Assembly (NCBI GenBank): GCA_039028615.1
Contig: JBCCHT010000003.1
Span: 416,001 to 480,000 of the forward strand
From: Myxococcota bacterium
Lineage (GTDB): Bacteria > Myxococcota_A > Polyangia > Nannocystales > Nannocystaceae
Length of the DNA stretch: 64,000 nt
Direction: 5' to 3'
Position numbers and translations under genes: made by a program. A model generated the notes under the pieces. It was not told the DNA's origin. It searched no databases and was given only the letters and a program-made list of their open reading frames with translations. This document shows positions 27,091-39,555 of this stretch, one piece after another (within the stretch, counting starts at the first letter, position 1; the number at the start of each line of letters is the position of its first letter).

Positions 27091-29023
27091 TCAAGGGGCC
27101 CACAGGCGGGTGGCGTCGTCGAGGCGGCGTCGAACGTGGTCTCTTCGGGCGGGATCGGCTGCGAGCAGGAGATCCTCGTGGGTGGACCAGGCCGTTTGGG
27201 CCGCCGAAGCATGGCCGAGATCCAGCTCGAGTTCCACCCTGTCGAGCACGACGTCCCAACGCTCGGGGCGCAGCTTGCTTGCACGCTCGTAGAGGGTTCG
27301 GGCCCTTTGTGCGTCTCCCAGGCGGTGATGGATACGGGCAGCCGTGGCGTGGGCGAGGGCCGAGTAGGGATAGTCACGCGTGGCGCGGTTTGCGAAATCC
27401 TGGGCTGCCGCAACTCGCGCCTCGTACTCGAGATCGGCTCGATCGAGGCTGACGGAGGCTAGAGCCGCGAGTACGCGGTCTTCCCGGTCGAGTCCCCGCG
27501 ACCGGGCGCGCTCGAACAGCGCATGGGCCGTGGGCCAGTCGCGCTGGGTCGCCGCCAGTCGGGCGCCACACAGCCAGGGCAGGGCCTGCTCGGGGGCGAG
27601 GCGCTGCGCGATGGAGCAGTGAGCCGACGCACGATTCAGGGCTCGCGGGTCGTCGGGGTTGGACTCGAGGCGACGAACGTAGAGCTGGCCGCGGATCCCG
27701 TGGGCGCGGGCCGATCCCGGGGCCCGGCGCAGGGCGGTGTTCCACAGGCGGGTGTCGCTGCGATAAGCGGTGGCCGCTCCTTGGGCCAGCGCGCCCTGGA
27801 GGATCAGCATGGCGACCAGCGGGGTGAGCAAAGCCCAGCCGCGATCCCCCCGGGCGAGCCACTGACCACCGCGTACCGCCGCCGCGGCGAGGCCGATGCA
27901 CACCGCGATCGAGGGCAGATACATGAAACGATCGGCCCGGAGGTTGGTCATGGGCCACAGGTTGCTGGTGGGCAGGGCCAGGCCGAACGCCCCGAGGATG
28001 GCCAACGCGACCACGGGCCAGCGCCTCCGCCACGCGCCCACCAGACCCACGAGCATCAACCCGAGCAGGGCGGCCGCGGACACGAGGGGTGGCGGGGCTG
28101 CCCCACGAGCGCGGCGGCTCGACGTACTCGGGCGACAGCCCGAAGGGCACCAGCATCTGCTGCAGGTAGCTCAGGTGGATCTGGGCGCTGGCGGCCATGG
28201 TCGGCCCCAGCCCGGCGTGCAGCAGCACGAGGCGCGGGTTTTCGACGCCGCCGTAGGGCGACGCGCCGCCGTAGATGGAGTAGCGGTGCCCGATCACCAA
28301 CGCGGCGGCCCCGATCAGCGCGAGCGCAGGCAGCTGGTCTCGGCGCCCGAGCCCGCGACCCCACGGTGCGAGCAGCCGTGCCAGCCCCCATAGGCCGACC
28401 AGCGCGATGGCATTGAGCTTGGCGCCGGCCGCGAGCACGAGCAGCACGCCCGCGCCGAGGGCCCGCAGCCCCACGCCGCGACCGGTGGGGGCCTCCCCGC
28501 TGGCGTCGGCGAGCGTCAGCGCCCCGAGCCCGAGCCCGGCCGCGAGCAAGTCCTCGTGAAAGGAGACCACGGTGACCACCTCGGCGTGGATCGCCATGAC
28601 CCCGAAGAGCGCGGCGGCGGAGCTCCACAGCGCGGTGGGGGCCCGTAGTCCGCGGAGCCACGCGGCGAGCATGGCCACGACCCCCACGTGCAGCAGCACC
28701 GAGACCGCGTGATGCAGCCACGGCTTTGCCCCCAGCGCCTGGTAGCTGAGCATGTCGAAGGCCACCAGCGTGGGGCGGAAGGCATCCGGCACGTTGCGGG
28801 CGTGAGCCTGGTCGCTCAGCAGCAGCGACAGGTCCTCGGGCGATCGCAGAAAGCCGTTGGCGAGGATCGTCCAGTGGTCGTCGTAGACGAAGTCGAAGCT
28901 CAGCGTGGGCAGGTAGACCAGACCCGACAGCAGCACGATCCCCGCCAGCAATACGCGCGGCGAGACCCTCGACCACAGGTCGGGGTCCGCGTCGTTCGTT
29001 GCGGGCGGGGTGGAGGCGCTCAC
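27091..29023 (-). pseudogene. TMTC-like (GT-C) membrane glycosyltransferase with TPRs, interrupted by a +1 frameshift near 28086-28089
   Basis: N-half in frame 27374..29023: FDFVYDD, FRP, HAVSVLLH, HAEVV, LVPFGLSPEY. C-half in frame 27091..28083: LPTSNL, ADRFMYLPS, LW..AL, TPRs. Removing one base of the G4 run joins them. Could be a sequencing error. Confidence 0.75.
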
Positions 29024-29027
29024 GCGC

Positions 29028-29585
29028 CTACTCGGCGCTGCCGGCCTCGTCGTCGCGCCCGGGGCAGTCCTTGCGGCGCGGCGGCAGGTCGCCGCAGCGG
29101 GCGTGGTCGATGCCGTACATGGTGGACGCCAGGATGACGCCCGCCAGCCCGATCACGGCCGAGCCGATGGCCATGCCGTTCATGACCTCGCCGGTGGTGG
29201 TCAGCGTGTCGGCGCGGTCCCGCGTGAGGGACTGGTCTTCGTAGCCGTTGGCGATCTGGGCCTGGACCACGCGGCCGCCGATGCCGAAGCCGGTCGTGCC
29301 GACCACGCCAAAGCCCGCGGCGCCGGCTCCCAGGAAGAACAAGATCTTCCGGCGACGCCGCTTCTTGTCGCTCTCGGGGTCGTCGCTGCGGTCCCCGTCG
29401 TTGCTGGAGCTGGTGCCGACCTCGACGGTGGCCGGGCCGTCATCGAGTTCGAACTGGGTGCGATGGGCCATGGCGCCCACCTGGAGGTCGGTGGGGATGA
29501 GCCGGGGCGCGGGCGTGGCCGCGCTCACACAGCCGGTGAGGCTAGTGGTGCCCGCCAGGGCGACGGCAAGGATTCGAGCGCGCAT
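29028..29585 (-). CDS. Hypothetical lipoprotein/membrane protein
   Basis: Lipobox LTGC, basic patch KKRRRRK and two Gly-rich hydrophobic segments. Confidence 0.75.
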   Translation of the reverse strand: MRARILAVALAGTTSLTGCVSAATPAPRLIPTDLQVGAMAHRTQFELDDGPATVEVGTSSSNDGDRSDDPESDKKRRRRKILFFLGAGAAGFGVVGTTGFGIGGRVVQAQIANGYEDQSLTRDRADTLTTTGEVMNGMAIGSAVIGLAGVILASTMYGIDHARCGDLPPRRKDCPGRDDEAGSAE

Positions 29586-29587
29586 CG

Positions 29588-30202
29588 TTATCGCTCCTCC
29601 TGGTCTTCGGGGAACGAGGCGCCCCCGCTGCTGCCGTCGTCGCCTCCGCTGCTGCCCCCGTCGTCACCCGAGGGAATCTCGGTGCCCTCGGGGATGCAGA
29701 TGCCGAACAGGCAGGTGGAGCCGCTCGCGCAGTCGTCGGGGGTGGTGCACATGGTGGCGCAGGTCCCAAAGTCGGGGATGCAAATCTCACCCTCCGGGCA
29801 GATGTCGGCATTTTCGCCGTCATCGCACTGGATCCCGCAGATGCCGATGGTCGCGTCCGAACCTCCGCCACCGAAGGGGCTGCCTCCGCCTCCCCCGAGG
29901 TCGATGCCGAGGTCGATGCACTCGTGGCTCGCGGGGCAGCGACCGGCCCCCACCTCACAGGTGTTGGCACAGGCCCCGTTGAAGCAGGCCGCGAAGCCAT
30001 CCTCGAAGGGGCAGTCCTCGGCCGCGGTGGCCTGGGTGCAGGTCCGCTCGCAAACGCCGCGGCGGCACGTCTCGTTGGAGTTGCAGTCCGAGTCCGAGTC
30101 GCAGGCGTAGCGGAAGTTCGACGGCGGGAGCTGCTCGGAGTAGCAGCTGATGCCGAGGCCGGAGCCGAGCAACAGCGCCACTAGCGTGCGGGGGAGGGTC
30201 AT
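29588..30202 (-). CDS. Cys-rich lipoprotein (disulfide repeat modules)
   Basis: MTLPRTLVALLLGSGLGISC lipobox; repeated C-x4-DC-x4-C-x3-G-C modules. Confidence 0.8.
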   Translation of the reverse strand: MTLPRTLVALLLGSGLGISCYSEQLPPSNFRYACDSDSDCNSNETCRRGVCERTCTQATAAEDCPFEDGFAACFNGACANTCEVGAGRCPASHECIDLGIDLGGGGGSPFGGGGSDATIGICGIQCDDGENADICPEGEICIPDFGTCATMCTTPDDCASGSTCLFGICIPEGTEIPSGDDGGSSGGDDGSSGGASFPEDQEER

Positions 30203-30379
30203 GTGGCGCCCAAGATAGCGCAAGCAATCGCGCGGTCCATGCCGGGGTAGACACCGCAGATCCCGCAGCGGTTTCCCAGCCAATTTTCGCCCTTATCTCA
30301 CTGCTCACGCGCTCGTCGTGGGCTCGGGGGGGCGGTGCTTGTCGGGCGGAAGCGGGCCGTGCTACCAACCGGCCCGCTC

Positions 30380-30490
30380 TAACGACTCATGCCCCGCGAG
30401 GGCTCCGTGGTGTGATCGCTACCTTTACCGGCGCGATTTGGCGGAGACCGACGACCGAGGCAGAGGCTCAACGCCAACAAGGAACGAAAA
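30380..30490 (+). promoter_or_regulatory. Probable structured rpsB 5' leader (S2 autoregulation)
   Basis: About 110-nt non-coding leader; CTCATGCCCC near 30386 can pair with GAGGCAGAG near 30458; GAGGCTCAAC precedes the RBS. Position matches known rpsB leaders; the structure was not computed. Confidence 0.4.
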
Positions 30491-31447
30491 ATGGAATCGA
30501 CCACCCAGGCCGCGGCCGGCGACAGCGCCGCGCTCGACCAAGCCCAGCGCATCATCACCGTCCGTCAGTTGCTCGAGGCCGGCGTCCACTTCGGACACCG
30601 CACCGATCGCTGGAACCCCAAGATGAAGCAGTACATCTATGGGGCGCGCAACGGCATCCACATCATCGACCTCCAGCAGACGGCCGTCCTCTTCCGTCGC
30701 GCCTACAACTTCATCCGCAGCATGGCCGCGGACGGCAACCCGGTGCTCTTCGTCGGGACCAAGAAGCAGGCCGCCGATGTGATGGTGACCGAGGCCCAGC
30801 GGGCGGGTCAGTTCTTCGTGGCTTCGCGCTGGCTCGGCGGCACGCTGACCAACTGGAAGACCGTTCGTCAGTCCGTCGACAAGCTCCGCAGCTTGGAGCG
30901 CATGTCCGAGGACGGCACCCACGAGAAGCTGACCAAAAAAGAGGTCCTGCGCATGGAGAGGCTCCGCCTCAAGCTCGAGCGCAACCTCGGCGGCATCAAG
31001 GACATGACCAAGCTCCCCGGTGCGATCTTCGTGATCGACCCCGCCAAGGAGTACATCGCGGTCTCCGAGGCCAACCGCCTGGGCATCCCCGTGGTGGCGG
31101 TCGCCGACACCAACGCCAACCCGGACAAGATCGCCCACGTCATTCCCGGCAACGACGACGCGATCCGCTCCATCAAGCTGTTCTGCTCCAAGATCGCGGA
31201 CGCCTGCATCGAAGGCACCCGCATCGGCAAGCAGCGCGCGGTCACGGCCACCTCGGGTGACGAGGAAGCTCCCGAGACCATCCGCGTGATGACCGGTGGC
31301 GACGGCCCCAAGGTCGAGCTGGTCTCCCGCCGCGGAAACCTGCCCACCCCCGAGGCCGCTGCGACTCCCGAAGCCGAGGAGAACGCCGCCGCTGCTGCCC
31401 AGCAGGCCGCCCAGACCGCTCCCGAGGGCGGCACTCCGGCCACCTGA
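30491..31447 (+). CDS. rpsB: 30S ribosomal protein S2
   Basis: [49 protein letters not shown]; Ala/Glu-rich C-terminal extension. Confidence 0.99.
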   Translation: MESTTQAAAGDSAALDQAQRIITVRQLLEAGVHFGHRTDRWNPKMKQYIYGARNGIHIIDLQQTAVLFRRAYNFIRSMAADGNPVLFVGTKKQAADVMVTEAQRAGQFFVASRWLGGTLTNWKTVRQSVDKLRSLERMSEDGTHEKLTKKEVLRMERLRLKLERNLGGIKDMTKLPGAIFVIDPAKEYIAVSEANRLGIPVVAVADTNANPDKIAHVIPGNDDAIRSIKLFCSKIADACIEGTRIGKQRAVTATSGDEEAPETIRVMTGGDGPKVELVSRRGNLPTPEAAATPEAEENAAAAAQQAAQTAPEGGTPAT

Positions 31448-31468
31448 GCACCCCGAGAGGACTGACTC

Positions 31469-32140
<672 letters not shown>

Positions 32141-32226
32141 GCCGGCGACGTTGTCCGGTCCCGTACGCCATCCGACCCGGGGGTACGGGGCCGAACATTC
32201 GGGTCGGCCAGGCTGAGTTTTTCACC

Positions 32227-32964
32227 ATGTCCGATCCCACCCCCCGTTATCGACGCATCCTGCTCAAGATCTCCGGCGAGGCCCTTCAGGGCAGCGGCAG
32301 CGGAGGGATCGACGGCGAGGTGCTCCGCGACGTCGCCGAGCAGATCGGCGAGGTCGTGAAGCTCGGCGTCCAGGTCGGCCTGGTCTGCGGCGCGGGCAAC
32401 ATCTTTCGGGGCGTGAGCGTGGCCGCCGAGGGCATGGACCGCCCGATGGCCGACTCGATGGGCATGCTGGGGACGGTGATCAACTCACTGGCCATCCAGG
32501 ATGCCCTTCGTCGCGCCAACGTCCCGGCTCGCACGCTGTCGGCCATCGCGATGGAGCGGGTCTGCGACACCTATGCGCAGCGCCGAGCCGTCCGCCACCT
32601 CGAAGACGGCGAGGTCGTGATCTTGGCCGCGGGCACGGGCAACCCGTTCTTCACCACCGATACCGCGGGGGCGTTGCGCGCCCTGGAGATCGGGGCAGAC
32701 GTGATGCTCAAGGCTACCAAGGTCGACGGGGTCTATGACAAGGACCCCGTCAAGCACCCCGATGCGACCCGTTTCGAGCGGCTCTCGTACATGGATGTGC
32801 TCGGCCGGGGCCTCAAGGTGATGGACAGTACGGCCACCTCGCTGTGTAAGGACAGCGATCTGCCGATCATCGTGTTCAACATGAACACCCGAGGTAACAT
32901 TCGTCGCGTGGTTTGCGGCGAGGCAGTCGGGACGCTGGTGAGCAACGAGCCGGCACCGAAGTGA
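32227..32964 (+). CDS. pyrH: UMP kinase
   Basis: RILLKISGEAL, GAGNIFRG, GTGNPFFTTD, KATKVDGVYDKDP. Confidence 0.99.
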   Translation: MSDPTPRYRRILLKISGEALQGSGSGGIDGEVLRDVAEQIGEVVKLGVQVGLVCGAGNIFRGVSVAAEGMDRPMADSMGMLGTVINSLAIQDALRRANVPARTLSAIAMERVCDTYAQRRAVRHLEDGEVVILAAGTGNPFFTTDTAGALRALEIGADVMLKATKVDGVYDKDPVKHPDATRFERLSYMDVLGRGLKVMDSTATSLCKDSDLPIIVFNMNTRGNIRRVVCGEAVGTLVSNEPAPK

Positions 32965-33007
32965 TCGCTGCCGAGACCCACCCCCCAAACCAAGAGGAGC
33001 GAAGCAG

Positions 33008-33565
33008 ATGCTGGATGAAGCGGAGGACCTTGCGAAAGTTGGCATGGACGCGGCGATGGAGCGGCTCAAGAAGGAGCTGGCACGCGTGCGGGCAGGTCGG
33101 GCGAACCCGGCGCTCCTCGACGAGGTGAAGGTCGACAGTTACGGCACCATGCTCCCGCTGAAGCAAGCGGCGAGCATCAGCGTGGCCGATGCTCGGCTGC
33201 TCGTGGTCAAGCCCTTCGACCGCAACAACATCGCGGCCGTCGAGCGGGCCATCAACAACTCGCAGCTCGGCCTCAACGCGAGCAACGACGGCGTGATCGT
33301 GCGGGTGCCGATCCCCGCGCTCACCGAGGAGCGTCGCAAGCAGCTGGTCAAGCAGGCCCACGACGCGGGCGAGGAGGCGAAGATCACCGTTCGCCAGTCT
33401 CGCCGTGACGCCAACGACATCCTCAAGAAGGCCGAGAAGGACAAGGAGGTCAGCGAGGACGATGCCAAGCGCGGCCTCAGCAACATCCAGGAGCTGACCG
33501 ACTCGTTCATCAAGAAGATCGACGCCGTCGTGAAGAACAAGGAGACCGAGATCCTCGACGGTTGA
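33008..33565 (+). CDS. frr: Ribosome recycling factor
   Basis: RAGRANP, YGTMLPL, IPALTEERRKQLVK, VRQSRRDA. Confidence 0.99.
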   Translation: MLDEAEDLAKVGMDAAMERLKKELARVRAGRANPALLDEVKVDSYGTMLPLKQAASISVADARLLVVKPFDRNNIAAVERAINNSQLGLNASNDGVIVRVPIPALTEERRKQLVKQAHDAGEEAKITVRQSRRDANDILKKAEKDKEVSEDDAKRGLSNIQELTDSFIKKIDAVVKNKETEILDG

Positions 33566-33708
33566 TCGTCGCGCCACGTTCATCGTGGCCACCGTCGTGA
33601 TCGGGAGGGCTCGAGACGTTTCGTCTCGGGCCCTCGCTGCGTCTGGGGCCTCCATCGAAGTGCAGGGCTGCGTGCTACGGTGACCGCGGTCGTCGGCCTC
33701 CCGTTGTC

Positions 33709-34815
33709 ATGATTGCTCCCGTACTCGCCGTTGCCTGGCTCGTGTTCGCTCCGCCGGGCGGGGATGCGGCGCCCGAGCAAGCGGTGCCGGCCGTCGCCGC
33801 ACCCGCCGAAGAGCCCAACCCCTTCCTGCTGGCGGTACGGGCCCGGCTCTCCCCCGAGGACGCGGAGGCCTTCGACGCCATGACCGACGCCGAGCTGGAG
33901 GCCCTGGCCGCCAAGCTCGACACCAACGCCTCGCTGACGCCTCGGGAGCGGGCCATCTCCGATGCGCTCATCGCCGTGGGCGTGGCCGACTTCGAGGCCG
34001 GGCTGTCGTATCAGACCGGCGACATCGAGCTCGGCGACGGCCTGGCCGTGCTGCGCCTGGGCCAGGACTTTCGCTACCTCGACCCCGACCAAGCCAACCG
34101 GGTGCTCGTCGAAGCATGGGACAACCCGCCCGGGCCGCGCACGCTCGGCATGATCCTGCCCAAGGACGGCAGCCTGCTCGATCCAGACACGGGGTGGGGC
34201 GTGGTCGTCACCTTCGCCGCCGATGGTCACGTGAAGGACCATGCGGCGGCGATCGACGCCGACGCACTGCTCGCCCGGCTGCAGGCCCAAACCCAGGAGC
34301 GCAATGTCGGGCGTGTCGGGCAGGGCTACCCGCCGATGGCCTTGGTCGGCTGGGCCGAGGCACCGCACTACGACGCGGCGACTCACCGCGTGCACTGGGC
34401 CAAAGAGGTCGCGATCGAGGGAGCGCCCAACCACGCGCTCAACTATGCGGTTCGCATCCTCGGCCGTCGGGGCGTGCTCGAGTTCGATGCCATCGCGACC
34501 ATGCGTCAGCTCCCGCAGATCGAGCCCGCGATGGACGCGGTGCTCTCGGCCGTCGAGTTCTCACCCGGGCATCGCTACGAAGACTTCGACCCCCAAGTCG
34601 ACGGCGTGGCGGACTACGGGATTGCGGGACTCGTCGCGGGGAAGGCCCCCGCCGAGCCCGGGCTCTTTGCTGCGGTGCTCGAGTTCTTGGCGACGGTGCA
34701 GAAATTCTTGATCGCGGGTGCATTCGCCATCTGGGGGCTCTTTCGGGTGCTTTCGCGCGGGCGAAAGAACGCGCCCGAGGGCGGCGTCGAGGGCGACACC
34801 GACCGCAGCGCGTGA
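33709..34815 (+). CDS. DUF2167 family membrane-anchored protein
   Basis: WDNPP, GHVKD, GWAEAPHYD..THRVHWAKE, LNYAVRILGRRGVL, GHRYEDFDP..D.VADYGIAGLVAG. Confidence 0.9.
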   Translation: MIAPVLAVAWLVFAPPGGDAAPEQAVPAVAAPAEEPNPFLLAVRARLSPEDAEAFDAMTDAELEALAAKLDTNASLTPRERAISDALIAVGVADFEAGLSYQTGDIELGDGLAVLRLGQDFRYLDPDQANRVLVEAWDNPPGPRTLGMILPKDGSLLDPDTGWGVVVTFAADGHVKDHAAAIDADALLARLQAQTQERNVGRVGQGYPPMALVGWAEAPHYDAATHRVHWAKEVAIEGAPNHALNYAVRILGRRGVLEFDAIATMRQLPQIEPAMDAVLSAVEFSPGHRYEDFDPQVDGVADYGIAGLVAGKAPAEPGLFAAVLEFLATVQKFLIAGAFAIWGLFRVLSRGRKNAPEGGVEGDTDRSA

Positions 34816-34961
34816 GCGGTTGTGAAGCGTCGGGGGCGGGCCTCCGGGTCGAGCCCGCATAGTCAATTCGTGCGCGCGAGAATACGAGGGGCTGTCGCCT
34901 TGCACTCGATGTTCCCCGCCGACGCTGGCCGGATCTCGAAGGGCTCCCTTAGCCTGGATCC

Positions 34962-37058
<2,097 letters not shown>

Positions 37059-37071
37059 GCGACAGCGGCGG

Positions 37072-37096
37072 GGGTCCGGGCTCGGTGCCCGGACCC
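37072..37096. terminator. GC-rich hairpin between convergent genes
   Basis: GGGTCCGGGC-tcggt-GCCCGGACCC, a perfect 10-bp stem; no clear U-tract. Confidence 0.5.
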
Positions 37097-37106
37097 GGCC
37101 GTCGGA

Positions 37107-38864
37107 TCAGCGGACCACGACGAGGCTGCCGGGGGCGTCGTCGTGGGACGCCGCGCCGTGCCAGCCCTCGGGGAGCTCGGGGCCGACCCACCAGAACAGC
37201 CAGCGCGCGTCGCCCGGGGCCAGGTTGATGCAGCCGTGGCTGCGCCGCGAGCCGAAGCGCGAGTGCCAGAAGGCGCCGTGCAGGGCGTAGTTGCCGTGGA
37301 AGAACATCGCCCACGGCACGTCCTGGATCGAGTACGCGCCGTCCGACGCGGTGTTGCCGTCCATCGACGAGGAGATGTGCTTGGTCTGAATGCGGAAGCT
37401 GCCCGTGGGGGTGTCGAAGGGCTCTTCTTCGGTGCCTTTGCGCCCGGTCGACACGAGGGTGGCGAACACCGGGCGCTCGCCCTCGTAGGCCACGAGCAGC
37501 TGCTGCGCCAGGCTGACGTCGATCCAGTGGTCGAGCTCGCCGAGGTCTTCGGGCGGGGTCTGGGGCTCGGCGACGCGTAGATCGGAGACGCGCACGTAGG
37601 CGTCCTCGGCGGTTCGCAGGTACTCGCGGCCGTCGACCTCGAGCTGCTCCACGCCATCGACGAAGGTGCGGTACTCGATCGAGCGCACGCGCTGGAGCTT
37701 GCCCGCCGCGTTCTTCTCGAACACGGGCGCCCGGTCGTCGTCGACGAAGCCGAAGGGGAAGCCGCTGGTCTCGGCGATCTCCTGGCCCAGCTCGAGCACC
37801 TTGGGGTCCTTCTTCTTGTAGGCCTTGCGGGTGTCGAGGTAGCCGCCGCGGCTGGTTCGCCACCAGGTTCGGCCCTGGTCCTTGATCTTCAGGGCGGCGG
37901 TGATGATGAAGCCCTTTTCCAAGTACGGGTTTTCGGGGTGCAAGGGCAGCTTGGCCATCTTCTCGATTCGAAGCTGGCGGTCGGCCTCCGCCTTGGCGGC
38001 CTCTTCCTCGGCGCGCTTTTTGGCCTCGGCTTCCTTGCGCTCGCGCTCGGCGATTTCCTCGGGCGTGGGCGGAGCGGGAGGGGCATCGGGGATGTCGTCG
38101 ATACCCGGCAGCTTCGCGGCGGGCTCCCCCGTGCCCCCGGTCTCGGCCTTGGGCTTGGGCTTGGGCTTGCTGAAGTCGGGCGGAGGCGGGGGCGGCTCGC
38201 CTGCCGCCACCGCGGCGGCCACGGCCTCCTTGTGCTGCGCCATCGCGAACTTCTCTGCCGACAGCTCGCGCTCGAGGGCGTCGGCCGGCCGCCACCACAT
38301 CTCGGTCCCGTTGCGAGCGACGATGGCGTAGTCGTAGGGCATGGGCTCGTCCACGCGAGGACGCGGGGGCGGCTGATGCATGTACGGCGCCTTGCTGGCG
38401 TCGACGGTCAGGCCCTTGCTCGCGCAGGCGTAGCTGCCCCCGGCCAGCTGGTGCCAGCCCTTGCGGCATCCTTCGCCCTGGTCGTCGACCTTGGGGGTGA
38501 CCATGGTGCGATGCCCCAGCCGCAGGTAGCCGAGCTTGGTCGAGCTCATGTCCGGCTTGGCGTAGAGCGTGACGATCTCGTAGGCCGCCAGCGCATGCAT
38601 CGTCACTGTGGAAGGGTCGGGCGGCGTGGCCACGACGGCGGGCTCGGGCGCGGGCTCGGGCTCGGCAGCGGGCGGGGCCTGTGCCTCATCGCCCGGCTCC
38701 GGCGCCTTGGCCTCGGCCGCACCGTCGGCCTTCGGGGTCTCGGAGGGGGTGGCCGGCTCGGCATCGGCGGCGGGCTCGGGCGTGGACTTCGAGTCGCCGC
38801 AGCCCGGCCCGGCCAGCATCGACGCCAGCAACAACGAGGGGTAAACGAGACGATGGGAGTTCAT
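37107..38864 (-). CDS. L,D-transpeptidase (YkuD family) lipoprotein
   Basis: WIDVSLAQQLL, VSTG, TPTGSF, ALHGAFWH..FG..RSHGCINL catalytic motif; lipobox-like GPGC. Confidence 0.93.
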   Translation of the reverse strand: MNSHRLVYPSLLLASMLAGPGCGDSKSTPEPAADAEPATPSETPKADGAAEAKAPEPGDEAQAPPAAEPEPAPEPAVVATPPDPSTVTMHALAAYEIVTLYAKPDMSSTKLGYLRLGHRTMVTPKVDDQGEGCRKGWHQLAGGSYACASKGLTVDASKAPYMHQPPPRPRVDEPMPYDYAIVARNGTEMWWRPADALERELSAEKFAMAQHKEAVAAAVAAGEPPPPPPDFSKPKPKPKAETGGTGEPAAKLPGIDDIPDAPPAPPTPEEIAERERKEAEAKKRAEEEAAKAEADRQLRIEKMAKLPLHPENPYLEKGFIITAALKIKDQGRTWWRTSRGGYLDTRKAYKKKDPKVLELGQEIAETSGFPFGFVDDDRAPVFEKNAAGKLQRVRSIEYRTFVDGVEQLEVDGREYLRTAEDAYVRVSDLRVAEPQTPPEDLGELDHWIDVSLAQQLLVAYEGERPVFATLVSTGRKGTEEEPFDTPTGSFRIQTKHISSSMDGNTASDGAYSIQDVPWAMFFHGNYALHGAFWHSRFGSRRSHGCINLAPGDARWLFWWVGPELPEGWHGAASHDDAPGSLVVVR

Positions 38865-38883
38865 GGGGGCTCCAGGCCTTCGA

Positions 38884-39363
38884 CTAGCAGATCCCGCTTT
38901 GGGTGGCGCCGCGCTCTTCCAGGTCTTCGGCGATGCTCTCGGCCTGGGCTCGGCCGTCGACCTCCACCGTCAGCAACACGTCGCCGGCCGGCAGTCGGGG
39001 CGCGAGCGCCTGAATTGGCTCTTTGGCCACCCGGGTCCCCGCCTGCATGGCGGTATAGACCCCGATCACCGCGCCCGAGATGACGCCCAGCAGCGCACCC
39101 ATGGCCGCGCTCAGCCCGGGCACGACCTCGTAGATGCCGATGATGATGCCCGACACCGCGAAGAACACACTGCCGCCGACCGTGTTCCACAGCAGGTTGC
39201 GGCCGAAGAAGGTCGCGCCCTCGGGCAGTTGGTTGGTGTCGAGGTGCTTTTCGTGCACGCGGGCGTCGAGCCCAGGGCTACCTTCACCTCGGCGACTGAG
39301 TTCGGTGCAGGCCTGGTCCGCCAGCCCAGAGTCCTCGAACAGCGCGTACACGACGTGGGACAC
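38884..39363 (-). CDS. Hypothetical two-TM membrane protein
   Basis: 159 aa; Gly-rich TM hairpin flanked by VYALF and GDVLLTVE (general-stress/DUF1269-like layout). Confidence 0.7.
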   Translation of the reverse strand: MSHVVYALFEDSGLADQACTELSRRGEGSPGLDARVHEKHLDTNQLPEGATFFGRNLLWNTVGGSVFFAVSGIIIGIYEVVPGLSAAMGALLGVISGAVIGVYTAMQAGTRVAKEPIQALAPRLPAGDVLLTVEVDGRAQAESIAEDLEERGATQSGIC

Positions 39364-39481
39364 GGGCGAAGGCTACCCCCGTTGGGGCGAGTCGCTAACC
39401 CTGTTTGGGCCGTGGGCGGTGCGTTCGCTCCGCAGCGGACCCCGGCCGGGGAGCGCCGACTAACAAACCGAGATTACAAGT

Positions 39482-39529
39482 AAAAATCGGGACCCGTGCC
39501 CCGGTCGTTCCGGTGGGCGGGTCCCGATT
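39482..39529 (-). terminator. Rho-independent terminator downstream of the DNA methyltransferase gene
   Basis: Minus strand AATCGGGACCCG...CGGGTCCCGATT running into TTTTT. Confidence 0.65.
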
Positions 39530-39555
39530 CTGCTCGGTCGCAAAAGTTGCGGGGC

